Both the position numbers and the translations under genes were made by a program. Below, in pieces: positions 18,153 to 27,700 of a stretch of 64,000 bases of DNA. Each line of letters begins with the position of its first letter. Position 1 is the first letter of the stretch. Under the pieces are notes generated by a model that saw only the letters and a list, made by a program, of their open reading frames with translations, was not told the origin of the DNA and did no database searches. Source of the DNA: Minisyncoccota bacterium. Lineage in GTDB: Bacteria; Verrucomicrobiota; Verrucomicrobiia; Limisphaerales; UBA8199. Location of the stretch: positions 192,666 to 256,665 of the forward strand of contig DAOTCE010000004.1 of NCBI GenBank assembly GCA_035452965.1, read 5' to 3'.

Positions 18153-19300
18153 ACTAACTCGACCAGTCGCGCCAACTCCGCGTCCGTATTATAGCAGTGC
18201 GGCGACACGCGGATATACTGACGCCCCTTCCGATCTCCCCGCAGGGATGTCACCACACCGGCATCGCTGAGTCGCTGGTGCAGGGCTGCCAGGTCCGGCC
18301 CCGACCGGTGGAATGAGATGATGCCGCTCCCGTTCTCAGCCGGGGCCTCGGGCTGCAAGACCTCATAGCCTTTTGCCTGCAAAGCGGGCACCAGCCACGC
18401 CCGTTTCCGCAACAGCTCCCGCGCGATGTTCGCCACGCCCAGCTCCAGGATCAGCTCCATTGCAGTCACGAGCCCCACGATGCCCAGCAGGTTTTGCGTG
18501 CCCGCCTCATACTTGTGCGAGCCGGTCCGCATGACAATTTGCTCCTGCGCAACGAAGTTGGGGCACCGCACATTGTTCCAGCCGTAGATGGGCGGGTTGA
18601 TGCGCTCCTGCACGGACCCGCGCACATACATCACCCCCGCCCCGCACGGCCCGAGGAGCCATTTGTGCGCATCCGCCGCCAGCAGGTCCACCTGTTCGAC
18701 CGTGGTCGGGAACGCTCCCAGCGTTTGAATCGCGTCCAGACAGAACAGGATATGTCGCTCGCGCAGGTACTTGCCGATGGCCTGGAAATCAATGCGGTAA
18801 CCGCTGATGAAGTGGCACGACGCCAGCGCCACCAGCCGGGTATTCTCATCCACCTGCCCTGTGACGTCCTTGGTCCGGATCACGCCCAGCCCCCGCGTGT
18901 TCATCAGCCGCACCTCCACCCCCTGGTCCGCCAGCGCCATCCAGGGATAGACGTTGGATGGATAATCCTCAAAGTAGATAAGAATATTGTCGCCACGCCG
19001 CAGCTTCAGGCCGCTGGCCAGGAAACTCAGCGCCAGCGAAGTTGGCCCCACGAACGCCACTTCATCGCTCCGGCAATTCAGAAGTTGCGCCGCGGCCTTG
19101 CGTCCCCGCTCCAAAATGGCCGGATAGACAAACTTCTCCTGGTCGCCGGTCGTGGCCTGCCGGGCGTAGTCCGCAACCGCTTCCGCCACCCGCCGCGGCA
19201 AGGGACAATCGCCCGCATGCGCGAGGAAAATCTTATCACGAGTCACGGGAAACTCATGGTGGCGCAGCTCTTCGTTGCTTAGAATTTCGGCCAAAGTCAT
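18149..19300 (-). CDS. class V aminotransferase-fold PLP enzyme (cysteine desulfurase-like)
   Basis: AADAHKWLLGPCGAG (PLP lysine context). The stop overlaps the DUF971 start by 4 nt. Confidence 0.8.
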   Translation of the reverse strand: MTLAEILSNEELRHHEFPVTRDKIFLAHAGDCPLPRRVAEAVADYARQATTGDQEKFVYPAILERGRKAAAQLLNCRSDEVAFVGPTSLALSFLASGLKLRRGDNILIYFEDYPSNVYPWMALADQGVEVRLMNTRGLGVIRTKDVTGQVDENTRLVALASCHFISGYRIDFQAIGKYLRERHILFCLDAIQTLGAFPTTVEQVDLLAADAHKWLLGPCGAGVMYVRGSVQERINPPIYGWNNVRCPNFVAQEQIVMRTGSHKYEAGTQNLLGIVGLVTAMELILELGVANIARELLRKRAWLVPALQAKGYEVLQPEAPAENGSGIISFHRSGPDLAALHQRLSDAGVVTSLRGDRKGRQYIRVSPHCYNTDAELARLVELV

Positions 19301-19415
19301 AGCCTGAAGCTATGGATTTAACTCCTCCTCGCAAGGTCTGAATGCGCAAGTGTTCGACCCGGAGGTCCATTTGAAACCCATTTCCCCGAACGGCCCCATC
19401 TGCTACGCTCCGGCC

Positions 19416-20801
19416 ATGAGACGACCAGCAACTGTGTTGTTTGCCGCGGGACTTGCCCTGCAGGTCTGCGTCGGCGCTCCCCACCCCAAGGATGACGGCT
19501 ATCGCGGCATCTGGTATTACAATCAGGGCACCAAGGACGAGTATAAGTTCAAGTACAGCGGCGGGATGGCCACCTACCCCCAGCAGCATGAGCCCATCGC
19601 CATCTACAGTTCGCCGGCGAACAAGACCTTCTTCTGCTACGGCGGAACCACCGCCCGCGACGGCAACGGCAAACAAGAGCTGCTGCACATGGTCTCGTAT
19701 TACGACCATGCCACAGGCCAGGTTCCTCGCCCGACCATTCTGCTGAACAAGCACACCAGCGACGCGCACGACAATCCGACGATCTCCCTCGACGCCAAGG
19801 GCTATGTCTGGATTTTCTCCTCCTCCCACGGCACCTCGCGGCCATCTTACATACACCGCAGCAAGCAGCCCTACTCCGTGGATGAATTCGAGCAGGTGCT
19901 GGAGACGAACTTCTCCTACACGCAGCCCTGGTTCATTCCGAAGCGGGGTTTCCTGTTCTTGCATACGCGCTATGACAGCGGGCGCAACCTCTACTGGATG
20001 ACCAGCCCCGACGGCCGCGACTGGAGCGAACCGCACAAGCTGGCCAGAATCGAGATGGGCGATTATCAGGTTAGCTGGTGCGCGGGCTCGCGGGTGGGCA
20101 CCGCTTTCGACTACCATCCGTCGCCCACCGGCCTGAATACCCGCGCCAACCTATACTACCTTGAGACCACCGACTTCGGCCGCACCTGGCGCAATAGCGC
20201 GGGCAAGCGAATCGTCACACCGGTCACGAACGCCGCCAACGCCGCTCTCGTCTATGACTCCCGCAAGGAGGGCCTGCTGGTTTACCTCAAAGACGTGAAC
20301 TTCGACGCCCGGGGCCGTCCCGTCATACTCTTCCTCACGAGCAAAGGCTTCGAGCCCGGCCCAGCCAATGGCCCGCGGGAATGGAAGACTGCGCGCTGGA
20401 CGGGCAGGAAATGGGTCATCCACCACTTGACGACCTCTGGCAACAACTACGACCACGGCTCGCTTTACCTCGAGCGGGACGGGACCTGGCGCGTCATCGC
20501 CCCGACCGAACTCGGCCCGCAACCCTATAATCCCGGTGGCGAAATGGTCATGTGGACCAGCACGGACCAGGGCGCGAGTTGGAAGCGCCAAAAGCAGCTT
20601 ACCGTCAGCAGCCCCCGCAACCATTCTTACGCGCGCCGTCCGGTCAACGCCCACCCGGACTTCTATGCGCTTTGGGCTGATGGCCACGGCCGCCAGCGTT
20701 CCGAATCCTTCCTCTACTTCACCAATCAACGCGGCGACCATGTCTGGCGTCTGCCGCAATCAATGACCGCAGATTCCGCCATACCCGAGATGGCCTGGTA
20801 G
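19416..20801 (+). CDS. secreted BNR_4-like (sialidase-fold) protein
   Basis: I moved the start to MRRPATVLFAAGLALQVCVGA (signal peptide). Repeated S/T-x-D-x-G-x-x-W-type segments (TSPDGRDWS, TTDFGRTWR, STDQGASWK). Confidence 0.65.
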   Translation: MRRPATVLFAAGLALQVCVGAPHPKDDGYRGIWYYNQGTKDEYKFKYSGGMATYPQQHEPIAIYSSPANKTFFCYGGTTARDGNGKQELLHMVSYYDHATGQVPRPTILLNKHTSDAHDNPTISLDAKGYVWIFSSSHGTSRPSYIHRSKQPYSVDEFEQVLETNFSYTQPWFIPKRGFLFLHTRYDSGRNLYWMTSPDGRDWSEPHKLARIEMGDYQVSWCAGSRVGTAFDYHPSPTGLNTRANLYYLETTDFGRTWRNSAGKRIVTPVTNAANAALVYDSRKEGLLVYLKDVNFDARGRPVILFLTSKGFEPGPANGPREWKTARWTGRKWVIHHLTTSGNNYDHGSLYLERDGTWRVIAPTELGPQPYNPGGEMVMWTSTDQGASWKRQKQLTVSSPRNHSYARRPVNAHPDFYALWADGHGRQRSESFLYFTNQRGDHVWRLPQSMTADSAIPEMAW

Positions 20802-20857
20802 CCGGACGCAAGCCATTTCCGGCAAAGCCTGACAACCGGCGCAAGCGCATCAATGGC

Positions 20858-22045
20858 TCAGGCCCTTCCGCCCAAGAGACCTTCGTGGAAGAACACCGGA
20901 TGATAGCCATGCTCGGTGACCCAGCGGATGGCCGTATCCAGCCTTTGGCCGTGGTCGGGGACATAATGGGCATAGAACGGCCAGAAATACTGTTCGTGCG
21001 TGAACAGATCCATGATCTCCGCCTGGTTGGGGTCGGCTGCCAGTTTCTCCAGGGCCGGAACGATGTCTGCCACCGGGGTGTTGTTGCAGATGAGGTCCAC
21101 TTTGGAGAAGACGATTCCGCTGTCGAAATCCATGAGGGCGTCGTGGCGCGACAGATATTCTGAGCGCTCATCATCCACGCGGTAGTTGATGTCCCAGCGT
21201 CCGTTTGCGAGCCGAAAATACCCGCTGAGCACGCGGACGCCGCGTTCATGGAGCGGTTTCAGGGCGGTCGGATCCACCATTGCCCAATGGATGACCGTCG
21301 GCGGCGAGTAGGTTGCCTTGCCCGCAAAACGAACAATCTGCTCGGCCACTCTGTCCAGGTCAGCAATCAGCTTGTTGGCGGGAGCGTTCTGATAAGGGCG
21401 GTCGGGATCGTTCGCATGCGCGTGGAAGGCCAGCTTGAGCCAATCCGCGTTTTCATTCCACTCTCCCCGGTATCGGTCCGGAAACTGCGTCAGGTCAAAT
21501 CCGTCCCCCGTCGTGTAATAGATGTTCAGGACAAACCGCGTCCCATAGCGGGCATGCAGATCGCGCAGAAGTTTGAGATAGAAGCAATCGAACAGAGAGG
21601 CGTACTGCTTCTGGAAGACGTCGCGCAGGAAGAAGCTGTTGTCGTCAATGGAGAAACGATAGCGGGGCTGGGAATGCCGGTCCCACAGAACTCGCACCTG
21701 GTGCTGGCGACGCCCAAAGTTCCCGTCAGTCACAGCGGTAATGGTGTTCTCCTTTTGGCGGAGAATAAGCTCGGCAGTGAATTGCCGGCCTTCGCGCCGA
21801 GCCGGGGCTCCATTCACCGTCACCCGGTCGAGCACGGGCGCCTCGCCGGTGACCCGGATCTTGAGCCCTCCGGGCACCGCCTCGCCCAGCCTCTTGTTCA
21901 GCACCGCGCCATGATAGGGCTCGATGATTCTCAGTGGTTCAGCGGCGCCCCCAAAGGCTTGGTACGCGCCCCCCAAAACCAGGCCCGAACCGGCCGCCGA
22001 GACCGTCTGCGCAAACCGCCTTCTACTCATCAATCGGTTGTTCAT
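20858..22045 (-). CDS. TAT-exported protein of unknown function (395 aa)
   Basis: I moved the start to MNNRLMSRRRFAQTVSAAGSGL (twin-arginine motif). I recognise no catalytic family. Confidence 0.7.
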   Translation of the reverse strand: MNNRLMSRRRFAQTVSAAGSGLVLGGAYQAFGGAAEPLRIIEPYHGAVLNKRLGEAVPGGLKIRVTGEAPVLDRVTVNGAPARREGRQFTAELILRQKENTITAVTDGNFGRRQHQVRVLWDRHSQPRYRFSIDDNSFFLRDVFQKQYASLFDCFYLKLLRDLHARYGTRFVLNIYYTTGDGFDLTQFPDRYRGEWNENADWLKLAFHAHANDPDRPYQNAPANKLIADLDRVAEQIVRFAGKATYSPPTVIHWAMVDPTALKPLHERGVRVLSGYFRLANGRWDINYRVDDERSEYLSRHDALMDFDSGIVFSKVDLICNNTPVADIVPALEKLAADPNQAEIMDLFTHEQYFWPFYAHYVPDHGQRLDTAIRWVTEHGYHPVFFHEGLLGGRA

Positions 22046-22089
22046 GTGAAGTTTGGGGTGACTCTGATTTTTCTCCGTATTTACCAGGT

Positions 22090-22767
22090 TCACTTGCCGG
22101 TCGGTCCACCCGCCGAGGACATTGCGGTGCTCAGGGCCAATAGATCGCTGCGGGCCTGAGCAAGAGCGGTTTGGACATTGCCTGCGTTGGAGGTGGCGGT
22201 GCTGACCAGCGGCTTCACCGATTCGAGCCCGCCCGCGGTGAGATCCGTGACCAGCGCCTTGCGAATTTCCCGCAGGTAGTCCAGGTGCGACCACAAGGCG
22301 CCCTGAGCCTGGGCGTATTGGTTATGCACGGTGGTAAACTGGTTGTTAACCTCCGTTCTGCGAGCCTGGCTGGAGCTGCGAACGTCCGTATTGGTGATGG
22401 TGGTAAGTTGCTGGTCCCAGGCGTTGAAGAAGGTGGCATTGTCGCGCACAAGATGGCCGCCCGTGGTTCCACCTTGATTGGCGGCTTCCACCAACCGGTC
22501 CAACGCGGAACTGAAAGATTGGAACTGCGGCTTAAGGTCGGCGGCGGGGTTGCTCACCAGGTTGTTGAGCGCCGCCATGGTACTCTCCAGCATCTGGCTC
22601 TGCTTTTGAACGTGCACGGCGGCCGCGCGCGCCGTCCCCGCAGCCTGGTCTCCGGGCTGGTACACAGTGGTTCGGCAGCCCGCCACCAGGGCCCCGGCCA
22701 GCGCCAGGGTCGCCGCCAGCAGGATTTGCCTGGATGCCCGCGATTTCCTCGATTGGTTTGTGTTCAT
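22090..22767 (-). CDS. lipoprotein, Q/N/T/A-rich helical, unknown function
   Basis: I moved the start to MNTNQSRKS..LAGALVAGC (lipobox). Confidence 0.65.
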   Translation of the reverse strand: MNTNQSRKSRASRQILLAATLALAGALVAGCRTTVYQPGDQAAGTARAAAVHVQKQSQMLESTMAALNNLVSNPAADLKPQFQSFSSALDRLVEAANQGGTTGGHLVRDNATFFNAWDQQLTTITNTDVRSSSQARRTEVNNQFTTVHNQYAQAQGALWSHLDYLREIRKALVTDLTAGGLESVKPLVSTATSNAGNVQTALAQARSDLLALSTAMSSAGGPTGK

Positions 22768-22819
22768 GGCCTGCACAGTAGTTCCGTTGTCTGGTTCCCG
22801 CAATTCAACACCTGACTGG

Positions 22820-24160
22820 TCACCCGCCCGGGCACTCGAATAGTCTCTTTAGCTGGCGGATGGCGGACTCGGCGAGCTTCTCGGCGCAGCCTGGCGCGTA
22901 AGCCGTTGCGCCGGGAGTTACCTCATAGCCGCCCTGTACGTAGGCTTCGCGCGTCGGCAGATAACCCACCGCATCGTTCGCCAGTTCAATCACGATGGTG
23001 TGCTCCGCAGGACTGGCTTGTTGGATGGCCAGGCCCGTTTCGCAAAAGACCTCCCCGGGCATGCCCACAATCCCCACCGGCCCGATCCGCAGGGCCATGA
23101 CCTCAACCCGGTCGGGCGTCGCCTGCTGCTCGCGCATCCGCACCCAAAGCGGCGCTCCGCTCTTGAAATCCAGCCCGTCCATGCCCGCCGGCTTACTCTG
23201 CCGACCCGTTTCCAGGAAGCGCTTCGCTTCGGCAAAAAGGTTGTCGGGTATCTTGAATCGCTCCAGTTCGACCGACTCCCGCGACGCCAGGATGGCATCC
23301 CCCGCCACCGGCACGCGCGCCCGCAGAGCTTGAGCGACCGCCGCCGCCAGCACGTAGCCCACACGTTGGGCTGTAGGGTAGCCCCGCCGGGGACTGGCAG
23401 GGTCGGCGTAGTTGATGTGATTGACATTGGCGCAGCAGCCGTTGAAGAACAGCGTCGTGAAGTCCTCTCGCACGATCCTGCGCAGCGCCTCATCCAGATA
23501 CCCGATGTAGTCCGCCGAATAGAGCCAGTTCTCGTAGTCCAGAATGGCCGGGTGCAGCCCGAAATTCACCAGTCCCGCCGTTGGCAGGCCGCCGTCTTCC
23601 ACCGTGAGCACGAGGACCCTGGGATCAATCGGCCCCAGGCAATCCAGCACGAAACCGGGCGCCAGTTCCTCCCAATTCATGTGTGTCTTGCCGTCACGGC
23701 ATCGCAGCCGCCGGTTGAAGGAAAGGGAAGACTCGCTGGCATAGCCAGCCTTCACCATCGCAGTCCTCAAGTTCTTATCCGCGCGGATAGCCGCTTCCGC
23801 GGCGTGCTTCAGGAATACCTCGATCTCCGCATCGGTGGCCGCGGGAGTCTGGTACAACGAAACGGCAGCCGGCCCGCCGTGCGTGTGCGACGCGGCGATA
23901 AGGATGTTCTCCGGCGAGAGGGCGGTGTGCGCCGCGATGTGCTCGCGCATCATCCGGGCTTGCGCGCGGTTGAGCATGCACAGATCCAGCGTCAGCAGGG
24001 CCACGCGCGGCCCCGCCTGATTCGCCACCACCATGGCCCGCGCGCGCAAGGGATCATGCGTGCCCCGCGCCGCGTAATCATCCCGGATGTGACCCAGCAG
24101 AGGCAGCCCCGGTGGGGGCGTGAAATCCACCTCAGCCACGCCAACTTTGAGCTCCGACAT
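22820..24160 (-). CDS. neutral/alkaline ceramidase-like N-terminal-domain hydrolase
   Basis: VGVAEVDFTPPPGLPLLGH..HDPLRARAMVV and AASHTHGGP resemble the ceramidase_alk family. Confidence 0.65.
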   Translation of the reverse strand: MSELKVGVAEVDFTPPPGLPLLGHIRDDYAARGTHDPLRARAMVVANQAGPRVALLTLDLCMLNRAQARMMREHIAAHTALSPENILIAASHTHGGPAAVSLYQTPAATDAEIEVFLKHAAEAAIRADKNLRTAMVKAGYASESSLSFNRRLRCRDGKTHMNWEELAPGFVLDCLGPIDPRVLVLTVEDGGLPTAGLVNFGLHPAILDYENWLYSADYIGYLDEALRRIVREDFTTLFFNGCCANVNHINYADPASPRRGYPTAQRVGYVLAAAVAQALRARVPVAGDAILASRESVELERFKIPDNLFAEAKRFLETGRQSKPAGMDGLDFKSGAPLWVRMREQQATPDRVEVMALRIGPVGIVGMPGEVFCETGLAIQQASPAEHTIVIELANDAVGYLPTREAYVQGGYEVTPGATAYAPGCAEKLAESAIRQLKRLFECPGG

Positions 24161-24310
24161 GGCCTTTAGTTACCAATAACCGCGCGGCGGTGCAAAGGGG
24201 ATTACTCAGCCGCCGAACAAGCCAGCTGACGTTGGCAGTTACGCTTCCCTGGATCCCACAATCCACCCTGATAGCCGCCCCGGTGAGACCACGCTGTCAT
24301 ACCTGCGATT

Positions 24311-24360
24311 CCCCGGTGTGGTTCCCATGGGGGCCGACCCCCATGGGAACCACACCGGGG
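24311..24360. repeat. perfect 23-bp inverted repeat with CCGA loop (palindromic element, copy 2)
   Basis: ccccggtgtggttcccatggggg-ccga-cccccatgggaaccacaccgggg, in the divergent spacer between the ceramidase-like gene and the RCC1 gene. Confidence 0.9.
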
Positions 24361-24719
24361 TCCCGCCGGATTGGCACCGTCTAAACGCCGCGCTGGCTTG
24401 GGCACGGGGTGCCTCTGGCTTGGGGGGCGGACAGAGCCGTCAGTTGAGGCGGCATTAGGCAGCCTTCTCAAACCTACCCCGTTAGACCTTTTACCGGATG
24501 GTGTCTTGCCAGAGGGGGGCCGGAAATGGCCAGGAACGGCCATTTTGGCAAGGGAATGGCAATTTCCAGTCACGCATTGAGTGGCACATTTCCTCGATAT
24601 TCCTGACATCTGAATGACCTAAAGGTCGTATTCCGACCGGAAACCAGCCCATTGGCGCGAAAGAGGGGAACGAACCGCCATGGCACTCGCGCCGACCCGC
24701 CACAAATATCATCTCCCTC

Positions 24720-24748
24720 TTGACAAACATGGCCAACAGACGCCTAAT
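24720..24748 (+). promoter_or_regulatory. candidate sigma70-type promoter of the RCC1 giant gene
   Basis: TTGACA-N17-CCTAAT ends 11 nt before the ATG at 24760, with no SD. Consensus matching only. Confidence 0.3.
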
Positions 24749-24759
24749 CGTCACAATCT

Positions 24760-27700
24760 ATGAAGGCCCGTCTGAAGATTTCTGGCAGGGCTTGGAGAGG
24801 CACGGGGATTGCCATAATGCTGCTGCTCTCCGCGGCGGCAGGTCACGCTCAAAATGTCATCGCCTGGGGCGCCAGTTCGGAGGGCCAAACCAACGCGCCG
24901 CTCTCAGCGACAAATGTAATCGCCATTGCCGCCGGGGCGTCCCATGCCCTGGCATTGGATCCCGAAGGCGGAGTGATCGCGTGGGGCAAGAATTGGGACG
25001 GGCAGACCGACGTGCCGCCGGAAGCCACGAACGTGGTGGCGGTCGCCGCCGGCTCCGCGCACAGCCTGGCCGTGCGCGACGACGGCTCGGTCGTTGCCTG
25101 GGGACGCAACTGGGACGGGCAAGCAGACGTGCCCGCGACGGCAACCAATGTGGTGGCGGTGTCCGCGGGCTGGGCGCACAGTCTGGCTTTGCGGGCGGAC
25201 GGGACGGTGGTGGCCTGGGGCAACAACGATTTTGGCCAGACTGACTTTTCGTTCCTCGCTCTGGACGTCGTCGCCATTGCTGCCGGGTACTACCACAACA
25301 TGGCTCTGCGGTCGGATGGGACCGTAGTCACCTGGGCGTTTGACTACCCGACTCCGGCGAGCGCGACCAACGTCGTGGCGGTCGCGGCGGGTTGGGAACA
25401 CTGCCTGGCGCTGCGGGCCGACGGCTCGGTGGTCGCCTGGGGTGACAACTCTTACGGTCAGTCATCGGTTCCGGCATCGGCGGCCAATGTGATCGCGATC
25501 TCCGCCGGCTACTACCATAACCTGGCGTTGCGGGCGGACGGCACCGTCATCGCCTGGGGAGCATCCTATTTGGGAGTCACGAATGTGCCGACGGGTCTGG
25601 ACAGCGTCGCGAGCATTTCGGCGGGAGAGGACTTCAGCGTGGCTCTGGTCGCGTCGGGTCCTCCACGATTCGGCCTCTCGCTGGCGTCAGCAGTTGCTCA
25701 CCTGGGCAGCCAGACAATTCTCAATCCGACGGTCGCGGGAACGCTTCCGCTAAGCTTTCAATGGTTTCATGACGGGGTGGCGGTTTCCGGCGCGACCAAT
25801 CAAAACTTGCTCCTGACCGCCACGCAGGACGCCGACGGGGGAGATTACGTATTGGTCGCCACGAACACCGAAGGCCAGGCTACCAATCAACCGGTGAATC
25901 TGGTTGTGCGGCAGGGGCCCGCCGTCGCGGCCATCGGTGCGTGGGGGGACAACACCAGCGGGCAATGCAACGTGCCCCATGCGTCTGCGACCCCGCGCGC
26001 GATCGCCGCCGGGGCGTCTCACTGCCTTGCTTTGAGCGCGGACGGGACCGTGGCTGCCTGGGGGAAGAACTGGGATGGGCAGACGGATGTGCCGCCATCC
26101 GCCACAAACGTGGCGGCCATCGCTGCCGGCAAAGCCCACAGTCTCGCGTTAAGGGATGACGGTTCCGTTATCGCCTGGGGCCGCAATTGGGACGGGCAGA
26201 CGGATGTGCCCCCGACCGCTACCAATATCGTCGCGATTGCCGCGGGGTGGGCGCATAGTCTGGCCTTGAGAGCGGACGGCACAACCGTCGCATGGGGAAA
26301 TAACGATTACGGCCAGGTCTCCGGCTCCTTCCTCGCCCTGGATATCATCGCCATTGCCGCCGGGTACTACCACAATATGGCTCTGCGGTCGGATGGGACA
26401 GTGGTGACCTGGGCATTTGACTACCCGACACCACCGGCGGCGAGCAACGTGGTAGCGGTTGCGGCGGGCTGGGAACACTGCCTGGCGTTGCGTGCGGATG
26501 GGGCGGTTGTCGCCTGGGGCGATGATTCTTATGGCCAATCCTCGGTCCCGGCATCGGCGACGAACGTAGTCGCGATCTCCGCCGGCTACTACCATAACCT
26601 GGCGTTGCGGGCGGACGGCACCGTCGTTGCGTGGGGCGCGTCACGGTTCGGAGTGACGAACGTCCCCGGGGGTCTTCGCAACGTTGCGGGCATTTCGGCG
26701 GGAGAGGACTACAACGTGGTGCTGGCCGCATCCGGTCCACCGGAATTCGGCCGCCAGCTTGGATCGGTCCTCGCCTATGCCGGCAGCTGCACAACTCTCA
26801 ACCCGACGGTTATGGGGGCCTGGCCGCTGAGCTTCCAATGGTATCACGACGGCATAGCGATTGTCGGTGCGACCAATCGTTCTCTGCTCCTGACCAACGC
26901 GCAGATGGCCGCCGCGGGGGACTATGTTTTGGTGGCGGCAAACATCATGGGCCAGGTGAGCAGTCCACCCGTAAATCTCGCAGTCCAGCCGGATCCGGTA
27001 ACAGTCGCACTCGTCGGCGCCTGGGGCGGCAACAATAACGGACAATGCAATGTCTCACCGGCAACCTCGAATCCGCGGGCAATTGCCGCCGGACCGTTTC
27101 ACAGCCTGGCGGTAAACGCGGATGGCAGTGTAGCGGCCTGGGGGAGGAACAATTATGGCGAGACAGACGTGCCCGCAGCGGCTACCAACGTGGTGGCTGT
27201 CGCCGCCGGCGGGGGTCACAGCGTGGCGCTGAGGACTGATGGCTCAGTGATCGCCTGGGGAAACAACTCGGATGGGCAGACGAATGTGCCGGCAGCAGCA
27301 ACCAACGTGGTTGTCATCGCCGCCGGCGAGACGCACAGCCTGGCTTTGCGGGCGGACGGAACGCTGTTGGCTTGGGGAAACAACGAATTCGGGCAAACGA
27401 ATGTTCCGCCACGGGCCAGGGAGCTAATCGCCATCGCGGCAGGGTACAACCACAATCTGGGACTGCGTCCGGACCACACCGTCGTTGCCTGGGGGCTGGA
27501 GAACACCGTGCCGGCTTCGGCTACGAATGTCGTGGCGATTGCCGGCGGTTGGTGGCACAGCCTGGCCCTGCGCGCGGATGGCACGGTCGTTGCCTGGGGC
27601 GACAACTCCTTCGGACAGTCCGTGGTTCCAGCATCGGTTACCAACGTGGCGGGGATCGCAGCAGGCTACTATCACAACGTAGCTTTGCGGTCGGATGGCA

